Assembly: GCF_009914755.1 (NCBI RefSeq)
Contig: NC_060936.1
Direction: 5' to 3' (one strand)
Length of the DNA stretch: 64,000 bases
Source of the DNA: the human T2T-CHM13v2.0 reference genome, Homo sapiens
Shown: positions 43,538 to 59,369 of the stretch, piece by piece
Layout: each line of letters opens with the position of its first letter
How positions within the stretch are numbered: position 1 is the stretch's first letter
The notes under the pieces: model-generated
Databases searched by the model: none
What the model saw: only the letters and a program-made list of their open reading frames with translations
Told to the model about the DNA's origin: nothing
Translations under genes and position numbers: made by a program

Positions 43538-43820
43538 TTTTGAGACAGAGTCTCTCGCTCTGTCACCAGGCTGGAGTGCAGTGGGTGATCTCGGCTCACT
43601 GCAACCTCCACCTCCCAGGTTCAAGCGATGCTCCTTCCTCAGCCTCTGAGTAGCTGGGACTACAGGTGTGCACCACCACACCTAGCTAATTTTTGTATTT
43701 TTAGTAGAGATGGGGTTTCACCCTGTTGGCCAGGATGGTCTCGATCTCTTGACCTCATGATATGCTCGCCTTGGCCTCCCAAAGTGCTAGGATTACAGGC
43801 ATGAGCCACTGCGCCTGGCC
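43503..43820 (-). mobile_element. AluSc-like with (TTTA)n tail
   Basis: 'tgtcaccagg', 'ggccaggatggtctcgatctcttgacc'; 15-bp TSD cagaggggctacttt at 43488-43502 and 43821-43835. Confidence 0.95.
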
Positions 43821-45164
43821 CAGAGGGGCTACTTTGAGTAATAATCTATATAAATAAAGTTAAGGACTTCACTATTGTTTCATATTGAAATGGCTGGACA
43901 CATTTTCACTGAATATGGGTTTGTTTGGGATGGTCTGATTTAAAATAGAGGTCATGTAACGAGGCCACCAGTGGCAGGCACCTCAAATTCAGCCTCCAGA
44001 GTGGTGGCCTATGTTGTTTTGCCACTGAGATGCTGACACAATCATATTTAAGCAAAACCTGATCCAAGATAAGCAGAAATGGGGTTTTATGTATCAAATG
44101 ATGCCTAATTGTGGCTGTGAACAATTCAGGTAACCCATTAGAGGGCAATAAAATTGGATACACTGTAGGCACCTCATGAAGGTGTCCCACACATACTAGG
44201 GTTATGAGTTTAGATTTACTCTGATTGGCTAACAACACATTGCTTGTTCCTAAGAAGGAGTGACCTCTGTACTGACCAGCCCCTATTAGAAGTATTCTAG
44301 CTGCGTGAATTCCTTCAAAGATTCTAAGATCAATTACACATTTCTCAACCTTGTGTTCACTTTAGAAAATGTCCTCAAATATAGGACTTTTGGTATGTTC
44401 AGGCAGTATTCCACAAATGCTTTGTTTAAATTTTGGATACCAGGATTTTAATTCCACACAGATGTAGTCACCATGAGGCATTTTACCTACTAATGACGAG
44501 TTATGGTTTGGGGCCATCTGTGGTATATTTAGGTGTACCTTGTACAGCCTGTTCTCTGTAAAAGTACAAAACACTTTCCACTCCAATTTTTCTGATTTTA
44601 TAGGCATCTCTTTAATCAGCTAATAAGATCTATGGTGAAACTGTGACTTGCTTGACCGGTCCTCTGTTTACTGAAAAGGTTAAAAAATGATCCAAGAATA
44701 TTGCTTTGGAAATGAACCAATATCTGTCTCATCAGGAGTAAAAGCAAAAAGAAGACTTCAGTAATTACGTGCTAATTGTAGCTAGTGGTGTATGTGGAGG
44801 TGTGAGGAGGTTTGAGGAGTGGGGAGATATGTTTTTTAATTTATCTTAAAAAAAAAAGGAATGAAGAGTGTATTAGGCCACTATGTTTGGTTTCTGGAAG
44901 ACTTAGCATGTTTAATATCTGTAACAATTAGTAGCAGAAAATTATATACAAAGCATTTCCAAGCCACAGATACTATCATTCCTGTAACTGCTCCTCAACC
45001 AAGTGGCAATAGAACTTGGAATATCAGCATGGAGCGTCCTACCTCCCATTATCCAACTATGCAAATACTATCCATTCTCTCCTTGGTGAGGCCTTCTCTG
45101 ATTCCTCAAATCAGAGCTTTTGGTCCTTTTATTTCTCACAATATGTTGCTTTATATCAATTATG

Positions 45165-45890
45165 GTATTTTATAAAGAATAATTTTACATGTGATAAAAT
45201 TCACTCTTTGAAAGAATATGTTCTCATGCATTTTGATAAAATGTATGCATTCACATAACTATAACTACAATCAAGTTATAGAACACCTCCATCACCCCCC
45301 AAAGTCCCCTCAAACCCCTTTGCAGTCAGTTGCTTCCCTCTACCCCAAGATGCTGGCCACCAATGCCCTTGTTTCTGTCCCTAAAGTTTTGCCTTTTCTA
45401 TAATGTTTAATAAATGGAATCATACAGTATGCAGTATTTTAGGTGTATTTCTTTTCTTCAGCTTAATTATTTTATTTTTTTAAAGACAGGGTCTCTCTTT
45501 GTTGTCTAGGCTGCACCATCAGACATCACCAGATGGTGATGTCTGCACCATCACGGTTCACTGCAGTCTCAAATTTCCAGGCTCAAGTGATCCTTCCATT
45601 TCAGCCTCCCGAGTAGCTGGGGCTACAGGTGCACGCCACCATGCTTAGCTAATTTTTTATTTTTTCTAGAGATGGGGTTTTGCCATGTTGCCCAGACTGG
45701 TCTTGAACTTCTGGGCTTGAGTGATCCTCTTGCCTCGGCCTCCCAACATGCTGGGATTACAGGCATGAGCCACCACTCATGGCCTCTTAGTGTAGAACTT
45801 TTAAAAGTTATCCATGTCATTGCATGTGTCCAAATTTCACACTTTTTTGTTTTCAGTGTTTCATTTTATGGATACACCACAATTTGTTTA
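45165..45890 (-). mobile_element. L1MB-type 3' end, split by an AluJ
   Basis: 'aattcactctttgaa...acaatcaagttatagaacacctccatcaccccc...taaatggaatcatacagtatg'. Confidence 0.75.
45469..45784 (-). mobile_element. AluJ carrying an internal hairpin insertion
   Basis: Antisense J-type dimer; non-Alu sequence at ~45514-45545. Confidence 0.9.
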
Positions 45891-45919
45891 GTGTTCTTTG
45901 TCTTGATTACAAATAGCCT

Positions 45920-47135
45920 GATTACCTATAAATATATGATGAGTACCTACTATATACTAGGAAACTCGGCTGTTGGAGACAAAAACACTAAGACACAGTT
46001 CTGATCCTTCTGGGATTTGTGTATAAATAGTTGATGTAAATATAATATGGTTGGGAAGAGGAAGGTATATTCTAGAAATTTGGAGGAAGGATTATTAGAA
46101 TCAGTTGAGCCTCTCAAATGAATAAGAATTAGCATAAAGCGAAAGGCAAGAAATGGCAGAACAAGGAGAGGGAAGAATAACGAACAAAGGCATGAAGACA
46201 GGTAATAGTATGGAAATTTATAGAAACTTTACTAGACCATTAAGTTTGAAATCTGAAGTGGCAATGCAGGCTGAAGAAATATGTAGTAGCTAGATTATGG
46301 GGGACTTAAAGTATCAAGTAAAGAGCTTGTTCTTTATTATGCCATGTTAGGGATTCATTGAAGCGTTTTAAGATGGAAGAGGCATCAGATTGTATTTTAA
46401 ACTAGATTCTATGTAACAAATGGAATATGAGAGAAAAGTTTTAGATGGCCATTGCCCTTTGCAGACCAGTGTAATGACTTGAATCAGCATAGCAGTTTAA
46501 GGATAGAGAAGTAAGAATCAATTTGGGAAATATTTAGAATGGAAGGACAGGTGCAATGGCTCATGCTTGTAATCCCAGCACTTTGGGAGGCTGAGGCGGG
46601 TACATTGCTTGGGTCCAGGAGTTCAAGACTAGCCTGGAGAACATGACAAAACTCTGTTTTACAAAAAATACAAAAATTATCTGGCTGTTGTGGTATATGC
46701 CTATAGTCCCACCTACTTAGGAAGCTGAGGAGGGAGGATGCCCTGAGTCTGGGGAGGTCAAGTTTGCAGTGATCCATGATCATACCACTGCACTCCAGCC
46801 TGGGCAACAGAGTGAGACCCTGTATCAAAAAAAAAAAAAAAAAAAAAAGAAAAGAAGAAGGAGTGATTGAATGGTTGTAGAGAGTGAGGAACAGAGAGAC
46901 ATACATGAATCCCATGTTTCCAGACAGGATGTTCAGATGGATGTTTGCGTAGGTTTGAGGAGGGGACATGCAGATTTTAATTCCAAACACAGTGAGTTTG
47001 AGGCACCTATTGTGCATTCAAAAGGAGATTTTTAGTAGGCATTTGGGTTTATGAATCTTGAGTTCATGTGTGAAGATCAGGCTTGGGTTTAGGAATAATT
47101 AGCATATAAATTAAAAACATGGAAATGGGGGAGAC
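45920..47135. mobile_element. L2 remnant split by an AluJ
   Basis: 'tgagtacctactatatactagg', 'gagtttgaggcacctattgtgcattcaaaaggaga'. Confidence 0.55.
46545..46848 (+). mobile_element. AluJ
   Basis: Dimer with long A tail and J-type diagnostics. Confidence 0.92.
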
Positions 47136-47984
47136 TAAAGTTCCTGGAAAGCAGGGACAAAAATCTTACTAGCTTCTGTGTTCTTCACAGCTCACAATAC
47201 ACATCTTGAAATGTAGAAGATGCTCCAGAAATATTTGCTGAGCAGATGAGTGAATAGATGATCATTTCCAGATTAAATTTTATGCCTTGCACGTTGGAGT
47301 TCATGGGAGTTAGACATGTAACTAAGGCATGGAATTGCATGACCTGCTTAAAGGCAACTAGATAATATTCTCATCTAAGGCAGATAGAGCTTTAAGAAAA
47401 CAATAGCCTTCTGTTTTTTTTTTCTGGGTTGCTGAGGGAGACAGAAGGCCACCTGGAGTCTGGTTTGCACAAATTGCCAAACCACCATGATGTCTACCAT
47501 TCAGTTTTACCCTGATTAGGCCAGAACTGGGTAAATGAATGCTTCATCTTGCATATTTCCACATAAACAGATGTTCTTGCCCACAGACAAACTTAGAAAA
47601 CTGTGTGGTTTTTTAAATAAAAGGGAGACTATTTTTCTAGAAAGGAAAAAGGTGGCTGCCTTTCGTCATTTGTATAGACATGTTTATTTTTCAAAACCCA
47701 GGTAACAAATCTCAGCTCTTCTAAGAAGCCATCCCAGATCTTGCCAGTTGGAATTAATCTCTACCCATCATTTACTTTCATATTATTTGTTTTGGAAGCT
47801 GTGTGATACATCGGAAAAAGCATGGATTTTGGAGTTGGGTAGTCATAGGTCCTATCTTGGCATTGGCAGTCACTAAACTTCTTTGACTCTCATTCTCCTT
47901 ATCTATAAATTACCTGTAATAATACATGTTGGGGTTGAGGGGTGGGTGTTAAATAACCTTGTTTCCCTTTCTAAGTTCGAAACT

Positions 47985-48031
47985 GAGAGAGAGAGAGAGA
48001 GAGAAAGACAGACAGACAGACAGACAGACAC
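47985..48031 (+). repeat. (GA)n(GACA)n microsatellite
   Basis: Read directly from the sequence. Confidence 0.9.
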
Positions 48032-48761
48032 AGGAGATTGATGAACATAAAATGCTAGGTGCTCCTCCCTAATTCATCAATCAGTTAAGTTTCTCCTTTT
48101 TTCTGCGGGAGGTTGGGGAGAAGCACTAGTGTTAGCTATACACTTTTCTGTAAAGTAAGGTAGAAATTGGGAATACATAGTTTTAAATTTATTTATATGA
48201 AGGCCTAGAAATAGCGTAGGAGGGGGTTGGCTAGTACAGGGCAGGGAAAGGCAGGAGAGAGCCTCTGTCTTTCCCTTCTTAGTGCTCTGCATAGCACTAA
48301 CTATGGGACTTTAATACAGTGGGTCGTCATTTGATGTTTGCTGAACTAAAAGGAAACACATCTCACTTGTTTGATTAATATTAGTTGTTGGGTTCAGGGT
48401 CTATTTCTTTTCAGAATTATTATTCTTCCTTTCCATATGATCTTTAGAGTTTGGAGGTTTACGCAATTTTGGTTTTTTTTTTATACTTAAGAATAACTTT
48501 TAATTTGAAGAATAAATATACATATGGAAAAGTATAAAAATGTAAATATACAGCTTGATGAAATATAACAAATTGAACACACTTCTGTCTTCATCACCCA
48601 GGTGAAGCAATAGAATATTACCTGCATTCTAGAATAACCTCCTGAGTCCACTTCCAGAGGTAACCATTAGCTTTCTTGCTGTTGCTTGTATTAATTTTGC
48701 TTGTTTTTGAAATATGTGCCTGTAGGGGATCTTCTTGTCCTCAGCATTATGTATATGAGAT

Positions 48762-49405
48762 GTTCTGGTTACTGTAGCGTTATAGTATTGGCTGAAGTTG
48801 GGTAGAATGATGCCTCCAGCTTTGTTCATTTTGCTTAGGATTGATTTTGCTATTTGGGCTCTTTTTTGGTTCCATATTAGTTTTAGAATTTTTTTAAAAA
48901 AATAATTCTATAAAGAGTAATGTTGGTAGTTTGATAGGAAAAGCTTTGAATCTGTAAGTTGCTTTGGGCAGTATGGCCATTTTAACAATATTAATTCTTC
49001 CAATTGATGAGTATGGCATGTTTTTCCATTTATTTGTGTTTTCTCTGATTTCTTCCAGCAGTGTTTTATAGTTCTCCTTATAGAGATCTTCCACCTCCTT
49101 GGCTAGTTGTATTCCTAGGTATTTCATTTTTTTTCTAGCTATTGTAAATGGGATTGTGTTCTTTATTTGGCTCTCAACCTGGACATTATTGGTGTAAAAA
49201 AATGCTACTGCTTTTTGTACATCAATTTTGTATCCTGAAACCTTGTTAAAATAGTTTCGATTCTAGTAGCCTTTTGGTGAATTCTTTAGGGTTTTCTAAG
49301 TATAGAATCATATCATTAGTGAAGAGAGGTAGCTTGACTTCTTTTCCTGTTTGGATGCCTCTTAATTTTTCTTCTTGCCTGATTGATTGCTCTGGCTAGG
49401 CTTTC
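48762..49405 (-). mobile_element. Internal ORF2 fragment of a primate L1P, without 3' end or poly-A
   Basis: ORF 48894-49127 [23 protein letters not shown]...[14 protein letters not shown]; better conserved than the flanking L1M. Confidence 0.8.
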
Positions 49406-49784
49406 CAATGTGTTCATTTTTATTTGCTGTATCATTCTCCATGTATATCACCATTTATCTATCCATTCTACTGCTGATGAACGTTTGGATTGTTTCCGAT
49501 ATTTTGCTATTATTAATAAAACTTCTATGAAGATTCTGGTACTTTTTTGCATATTTCTCTTGTGTGCATACTTAGGAGTGAGATTGCTGGGTATGTTTAG
49601 CTTTAGCTGATAATGCAAAACCATTTTTTAAAGTGATTGTACCAATTTACATTCCCACCAGCATTGTAAGAGAATTCAGTTGTTTTGTATCATCAACAAC
49701 ACTGGGTAATCTCTGGCTTCTTAATATTAGCTGCTCTGCAGAGTGTGTAGTGGCATCTTATTATGATTTAAATTTGCATATGCT

Positions 49785-50079
49785 GGCTGGGCATGGTGGC
49801 TCACGCCTATAATCCCAGCACTTTGGGAGGCTGAGGCGGGAGGATCACGAGGTCAGGAGATCAATACCATCCTGGCCAACATGGTGAAACCCCGTCTCTA
49901 CTAAAATACAAAAAATTAGCCAGGCATGGTGGTGTGTGCCTGTAGTCCCAGCTACTCAGGAGGCTGGGGCAGGGGAATCTCTTGAACTTAGGAAGTGGAG
50001 CTTGCAGTAAGCCAAGCCTGTGCCACTACACTCCAGCCTGGTGATAGAGGGAGACTGTGTCTCAAAAAAAAAAAAAAAA
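49785..50079 (+). mobile_element. AluSc-like
   Basis: 'gatcacgaggtcaggagatc...catcctggccaacatgg'; TSD aaatttgcat(a/t)tgc. Confidence 0.93.
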
Positions 50080-51323
50080 AAATTTGCATTTGCCTGACTA
50101 TTAATAAAATCATGCAAATATTCATCACAGGTTTATTGGCCATTTGGTATTCTGTTATGTGAAATTTATGTTCATTTTTTAAAAAAAGTTAACTCCTTAT
50201 ACTTATTTATAGTCCAATCTATAATGTATTTTCTTTATGATTAATGCTTTTTTGTGTCTTAGTTTAATAAATTGTTGCTCATCTTGGGTAATAAGATACA
50301 CTCCTATATTATTTTCTGGAGGCGTCCCCTCCCCCTTTCACATATATGTCTACATTCCACCTAGATCTGATTTTTTTTTTTGGTATATTATATGAGATAG
50401 GGTCCAGGTTCATTTAAAAATATATATATCCAATTGATCAGTACTTTTTATTATATATACAAGGTCGTTTCTGGACTTTGTATTCTATTCCATTATTGTA
50501 TTCTTGCATTGATACCACAATGTCTTCATAGCTATAGATGTATGATGTCTTGATATCTTATGGCATGAGTTCTCCAATTTTGTTTTTTTCTTCACGATTG
50601 TCTTGACTATCCTTGACCTACTGCATTCCAATGTAAATTTTAGAATTATCTTGTCAATTTCTGCAAAATGTTCTGTTGGGATAGTTTTAATTTTAGAAGA
50701 ATTTTATACTTACAGAAAAGTTTCAAAGAGAACACAGATTTCTCATATACCCCTCATCCAGTTTCTCACATTGTTAACATGTTGCTATGGTACATTTATC
50801 AAGACTAAGAAACTGACATTGACATATTACTATTAACTGAACTCCAGACTTTATTTGGATTTCATCAGTTTTTCCATTAATGTCCTCTTTCTTGCCAGAA
50901 TTAAATCCAGCATACCACATTGCATTTGGTTGTCATGTCTTGCTAGTCTCCACTGATCCATGATAGTTTCTGTCTGTCTTTGATTTTCATTATGACTTTG
51001 AAAGTCTTAAGAAGTACCTGCCAGTTATCTTGGAGAATGTCCACAATCTGGGGTTTTCTGCTGTTTTTCTTGTGACTATCTTGAGGTTATGGGTTTTTGG
51101 AAAGAATACAGAAGAGTTGAAGTACCCTTCTTATCACGTTATATTGAAGGTATGATATTCACATGAAATTGCTGGCGATGCTAACTTTCGGCATGTGGTT
51201 AAAGTAGTATTTGCCAGGTTTATCAATTTTCAGTTTTTTTTTCTTCTTTTTACTTTATTCTTTGGAAATGAGTCATTAAGTCTAGCCAGCCTTGGTGAAA
51301 GAGGGCAGGTATTATGTTCTACA

Positions 51324-51625
<302 letters not shown>

Positions 51626-52263
51626 ATGTTCTAATTTCCATAGGATGCAGTATCTTTACTTATCTGAAATTCTTCTGTGAGATAGACTTGTCTCTTTTGT
51701 TCATTCATTCACTCAATTATTTATTTATATCATAGTAGACTCATGTATATTTACTTTATACTTAGGGTTATAATTCAGCACCTCTTTGCTTATTTTGTTG
51801 ATCAAATTGTCCCAGTTTTGACCATGGGGAAATTTTTTGGCTTGTTTCCTGTGTCTCTTTGACATGCACACATACTTTTGTTTTTGGAGCATTTCTTCAT
51901 TTTTGGTACTGGTGAGATGCCCTAGGCTCATCTTTTTTATTCCCTGCCTGAGTCCTAGAATCAGTCATTTCTCCAATGAGCTTTTCTTCTTTTTATTGGA
52001 GAATGGTATTAGGAAACAAATCTGGGCACTGGGTGTGCTTGTTGTTACTGGTGTATCATTGCTTTTAGGCTTAGATTAGATATCTATATCTAATCTATAT
52101 CTACATCTATCATATCTATATATGTACATATATATAAACATATCTTATGGCATAAGTCCTTATGGCATAAACATATTTTTGTACATATATGGATATGAAT
52201 ACTAACCCACAAATACACATACATTTCTAGGTATTTCTGTATCTACCCATCTGTATGTATATA

Positions 52264-52606
52264 AGGTCACGCACTGCATACTGATGTTTTGGTCAACAAT
52301 GGACTGATTTAAGATGGTGGACCCAGAAGATTTTAATACCATATTTTTGCTGTACCTTTTCTATATTTAGATATGTTTAGATACACAAATACCATCGTGT
52401 TACAATTGCCAACAGTATTCAGTATAGTATCATGCTGTACAGATTCGTAGCCTAGGAGCAATAGGCTCTACCATTTAGTTTAGGTAAGGAGCAGGCTCTA
52501 CCATCGAGTTTTGGGTAAGTACACTCTATGATGTTTGCACGGTGATGAAATCACCTAATGACCCGTTTCTCAGAATGTAGCCTCATTGTTAAGCGAAGTA
52601 TGACTG
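52264..52606 (+). mobile_element. Tigger3a (MER7A) MITE
   Basis: 'ggtcaacaatggac...gcctaggagcaataggct...ttaagcgaagtatgactg' flanked by TA. Confidence 0.88.
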
Positions 52607-53831
52607 TATATTAAGCTAAGCATGAATTTATACTGATATCTCTGACTCTAATCCAGTAGTATGATTCATTCAAGCTTTGCTTTCTTGTTTATCTGTAACT
52701 CTCTGACTGTGAGAAACCTGGTATTCACCATTCATTCATTCATTATGTATTTGTTCAACCCTGTATACAAATAAAACAGCTTCAGATTTGTTAATCTGTA
52801 TCTCTATGAGAAAGAAATTCACCCAGTAGTGTACAGGGTTTATGCATAGTTCATTTGGTGTATAGCCTTATAGTTTTTTTAGTCAAAACATCAGTTTTCA
52901 AAGTTATGTAGGTCAGCTCATTTTAAATTTTAGTTTGTACACATAGTAAACTTTTTCTAATGTACAGTTCTATGACTTCTGACAAATTCAGTCATGTGTC
53001 CATCACCCAAGAACCATCCCTTCACCCTAAAAGCTGCTCTGTGTGTCCCTTTCACTGTATGTTCCTCTCATTTCAATGGAGTCAATCATTCCCCACCCCA
53101 CCCCACATTCTGGCAACCACTCATCTGTTTTAATTCCTTATATTTTGCCTTCCCCCAAATGTCAGATGAATAAAATCACACAATATGCAGTCCTTTTGGG
53201 CATGGCTTCTTTCCCTTAGTATAATATACTTAAGATTCATCCATGTCATTGTGTGAATCAATAGCTCATTCCTTTTTATAGCTGAATTTAACATTCTTTG
53301 AATGGATGTGCCACAGTTCTTTTTTTCCCTCTTTTTTGAAAAATGTATCTTGTTAAAGATTCTCAGTTGCTTCCAGTTTTCATCCATTGGGAATAAAGCT
53401 GCCAGAAACATTCACATACAGGCTTTTGTGTGAACATAAGCTTTCAAGTAACTTTGGTAAATACCTAGGAGTGTGTAACTAAGTGGTGTGGCAAATCTAT
53501 GTTTAATGTTACGGGACCTGCCAAACTGTCTTCAAAGTGGCTATACCATTTTGTATTCCCAGCAGCATTGAATGAGAATATCTGTAGATCTGCCCCCTTG
53601 TTAGCATTTGTTATTGTCAGTTTTTTGAATTTAAGCCTTTCTAATAAGTGTGTAGTGATGCCTCATTGTGGTTTTAATTTGCATTTCCCTAATGACATAT
53701 AATGGTGAGTATCTTTTTATGTTTTTATTTGACATGACTGTTGACATCTTTTGTCCATTTTTAAAAGGGGTTCTTTTTCTTTTTTTCTTTCTTTTTTTTG
53801 AGTTTTAAGAGTTCTTTTATATATATATATA

Positions 53832-53884
53832 TTTATTATACTTTAAGTTTTAGGGTAGATGTGCACAACGTGCAGGTTTGTTAA
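53832..53884 (-). mobile_element. Very short (~50 bp) L1PA 3' end
   Basis: 'ttattatactttaagttttagggtagatgtgcacaacgtgcaggtttgtta'. Confidence 0.8.
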
Positions 53885-54866
53885 CATATTCTGAATGCAA
53901 GTGCTTTATCAGATATTATAATTTAAATATATTTCCTTCCAGTTTGTGGCTTTTCTTTTGATTCTTTTAAAATTTTTAACACAGAAAACTTTTTAATATT
54001 AATAAAGTCAAGTTTTTCACTTTTGTGGATTGTGCTTTTGATATTTTATATAAAACAACATCACCCAAACCAAAGTCATGCAACCTTTCTCCTTTGTTTT
54101 CTTCTAGAAGTTTTAAACTTTATGTTTTACATATAGTTCCATGATTCATTTTGAATTAGTTTTTGTGCAGGGTACAATTTATGTGTCTGGGTTTCTTTTC
54201 TGTATATGGATACCCAAGTGGTTGAGCACCACTTGTTGAGAAGACTCTTCTCATTTGAATTACATTGGCCCCTTTATCAGGTACTAGTTTGTGTGGTTCT
54301 CTATTTTTTTTTTTTTTGAGATTTTGATTGGGAGTACATGACATTTAGAGTTTACTTTTGAATATAATTAATTTTCTCATGATATTGAACCTTCCAATTT
54401 ATGAATATGATTTATCCTGACATTTATTTAGATCTAGTTTATCTCAGTAATTTTTTGTCTAGTGGTTTTGATACCTTTTGTTAAATTTATTCGTGGATTT
54501 TTGATATTTTAATAACATCAAAATTTATTGATTCTTAAATTTCATTTTCTAGTAGTTCATTGCTTGTATATAAAGATACTGATTTTGTATCCAGAAACTT
54601 CCTAAATTAATTTCTTGTATTTTATTACTAATAATTTAATTCTCAAAGTTCATCTGTAGATTTAAATAAATTTTTGACCACAGAGATATTTTGTTTGTGA
54701 ATTGTAGCAAGTTTATTTCTGTTATCTCAATCTTTGGCCTATTTATTTATTTGGTGTTATTGCATTGGCTAGAACCCCAGTGCAATTTTGAATAGCAAGC
54801 ATTATTGTCTCAAGGGGAAATCTTTTAATATTGAAACATTTAACACAACGTTTGCTGTGGATTTTT

Positions 54867-57031
<2,165 letters not shown>

Positions 57032-57453
57032 TGAGTCTTCAACTGCTTTTCCTGCATTTATTGAAATAGTCATATAGTTGCCATCTTTTTTTTAGTTAAT
57101 GTGGCAAATTACATTGACGATTTTTTGAATGTTAATTTAACCTTGCATTCCTGGGATAAACTCTTCTTTCTCATGTTGTGTTATTTTTTACATTTATTCC
57201 TGGATTAGATATGCTAGTATTTAGTTAAGGATTTTGGTACAAACATTCATGAATGATATTGGTCTGTATTTTTCTTTTCTTTAATATCTTTGTCTGCTTT
57301 TGATATGAGGACAGTGCTATCTTCATAAAATATGTTGGGAAACATTTCTTCCCTCTTTATTACATGAAGTATTTGAGTAAAATGGAGATTATTGCTTCTT
57401 TAGTTTTTCAATTTAATTTAACAGTGAACTCATCTGGACCCAGAGATATTGCA

Positions 57454-57496
57454 GTGTGTGTGTGTGTGTGTGCGTGCGTGCATGTGTGTTTGTGTG
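57454..57496 (+). repeat. (TG)n microsatellite
   Basis: Read directly from the sequence. Confidence 0.9.
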
Positions 57497-57511
57497 ATTT
57501 TCCATTATGTA

Positions 57512-57852
57512 CAGTGATCCCTTGGTATCTATGGGGGATTGGTTCCAGGAACCCCCACAGATAGCAAAATCCATAGCTGCTCAAGTCCCTTCTATAAAAT
57601 GATGTAGTATTTTCATATTATCTATGCACATCCTACCATATACTTTAAATCATCTTTAGATTACCGAGAATACCTAATACAATACAAATGCTATGTAAAT
57701 GTCTGTTATATAGCATTGCTTAAGAAATAGTGACAAGAAAAAAGTCTGTTCATGTTCAGTACAGATGCGACTATCCATTTGTAAAAAATATTGTTGATCT
57801 GCAGTAGGTTGAATCCATGAGTAGAGAACCTGTGGATACAAAAGGCTGACTG
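57512..57852 (+). mobile_element. MER2 (Tigger-family MITE)
   Basis: 'cagtgatcccttggtatctatgggggattggttccagga' to 'ggatacaaaaggctgactg'; preceded by TA. Confidence 0.88.
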
Positions 57853-59063
57853 TGTTTAATTGAAAGATATTTTTCTGTTTTGCAATAACTACATTGATTG
57901 GCATAAAGTTCTTTGTAATTCCTTTATTAATATCTGTACTATCTATAGAAATGTCTATATTTTAGTTCTTAATATGTTAGTAAGTTATGACTTTCTCTAA
58001 TTTTTTCTTGAATGGTTTAACTAGATGTTTATACTTTGCATTAGTCTTGATTAAATTAGCTTTTGGCTTTAGTGATTCCTTCTATTGTATATTGTTTTAT
58101 ATTCCATCATTTTTGCTTTTATCTTTATTATCTTTTCCTCTACTTTGAATTTGTTTTTCTGAGTCTTTGAAATAAATGCTTGGACATTTCTGCCTTCTTT
58201 TTTTCTAACAAATGCATTCAAGACTATATAAGTTTCTCTCTAAGCACTGCATTTGCTGTATCTTACACATTTTGAACCATTGTAGTTTTTGTTATTTAAA
58301 GTATTTTCTAATTCTATAATTTCTTCTTTGAGCTGTAGGTTATTGAGAAATAAATTGCTTAATTTCTTATTTAGGTTTTAAAAATAATATTTTTGTTATG
58401 ACTTCTAATTTGTTCTACCACATTAGATAATATTCTACATGTTTCCAGAGTTTGAGATCTATTAAGCTTTTCTTTTTTGCTAAGCATATGCTTGATTTCA
58501 TTGTTCCATGTGCACTGAAAAAAATATGAATTCTGTCATTGGTAGGGGTAGTGTTCTATATGTGTCAATTAGGTTAAGTTTATTTGTATTACTCAAATCT
58601 ATATTCTTTGTAAGATTTTATGTATTTTATCAGTTACTGATAACAATATGTTAATGTCTATCACTGTGGTTTGGGATTGATGCATTTCTCATTTTAGTTC
58701 TGTCATTTGCTTTATGTATTTTAAAGGTATATTATTAGGTGCATACTAATTAGAAATTAATATAGTTCCTGACACATTCAACTATTTATCATTATGATAT
58801 GTCCATTTTATTTCTTATAATGCTTCCTGCTTTAAAATCTATTTTACTTGATATTAATATAACTATACTAGCATATTTTTTACTGGTATTTACTTTTCAT
58901 TTATATTTATCTTTATCTGTCTAGATGTATCTTTCAACCTTTCTATCTTCTAATATTAAGGCCTGTCTCATAAGATAGCATAACATTTAATTTTTAAATT
59001 CAATTATTTCACTCTTTTAATTGGAGTATTTAGCATGCATATATACATATTTATGTATAAAGA

Positions 59064-59369
59064 CTTTTTTTTTCTTTTTTTTTTTTTTTGAGATGGAGTC
59101 TCTGTCTGTCACCCAGGCTGGAGTGCAGTGGCGTGATCTTGGCTCACTGCAACCTCTGCTTCCTGGATTCAAACAATTCTCTGCCTCAGCATCCCGAGTA
59201 GCTGAGATTACAGGTGTCTGCCACCATGCCCCACTAATTTTTGTATTTTTTAGTAGAGACAGGGTTTCACCATCTTGGCCAAGCTGGTCTTGAACTCCTG
59301 ACCTCATGATCCACCCATTTCGGCCTCCCAAAGTGCTGGGATTATAGGTGTGAGCCACCGCACCCAGCC
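59064..59369 (-). mobile_element. AluSg-like
   Basis: Antisense dimer; 'gacctcatgatcc', 'caattctctgcc'. Confidence 0.93.

Larger units (their letters stand above)
48470..50675 (-). mobile_element. Old L1MB/ME 3' region, interrupted by an L1P fragment and an Alu
   Basis: 'tacagcttgatgaaatataacaaattgaacacac', 'aaagtgattgtaccaatttacattcccaccagca'. Confidence 0.7.

Noticed and set aside
43960-44012. CTCF-like GGCCACCAGTGGCAG and a 9-bp inverted repeat aggccacca/tggtggcct
   Set aside because: Core spacing is one base short of the CTCF motif, and a 9-bp stem with a ~31-nt loop is plausible by chance
46484-47017. 177-aa ORF
   Set aside because: Antisense Alu translation ([11 protein letters not shown]...[10 protein letters not shown]) joined to L2 sequence
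59042-59059. tatacata-tt-tatgtata hairpin beside an Alu tail
   Set aside because: Low-complexity TA sequence, expected by chance
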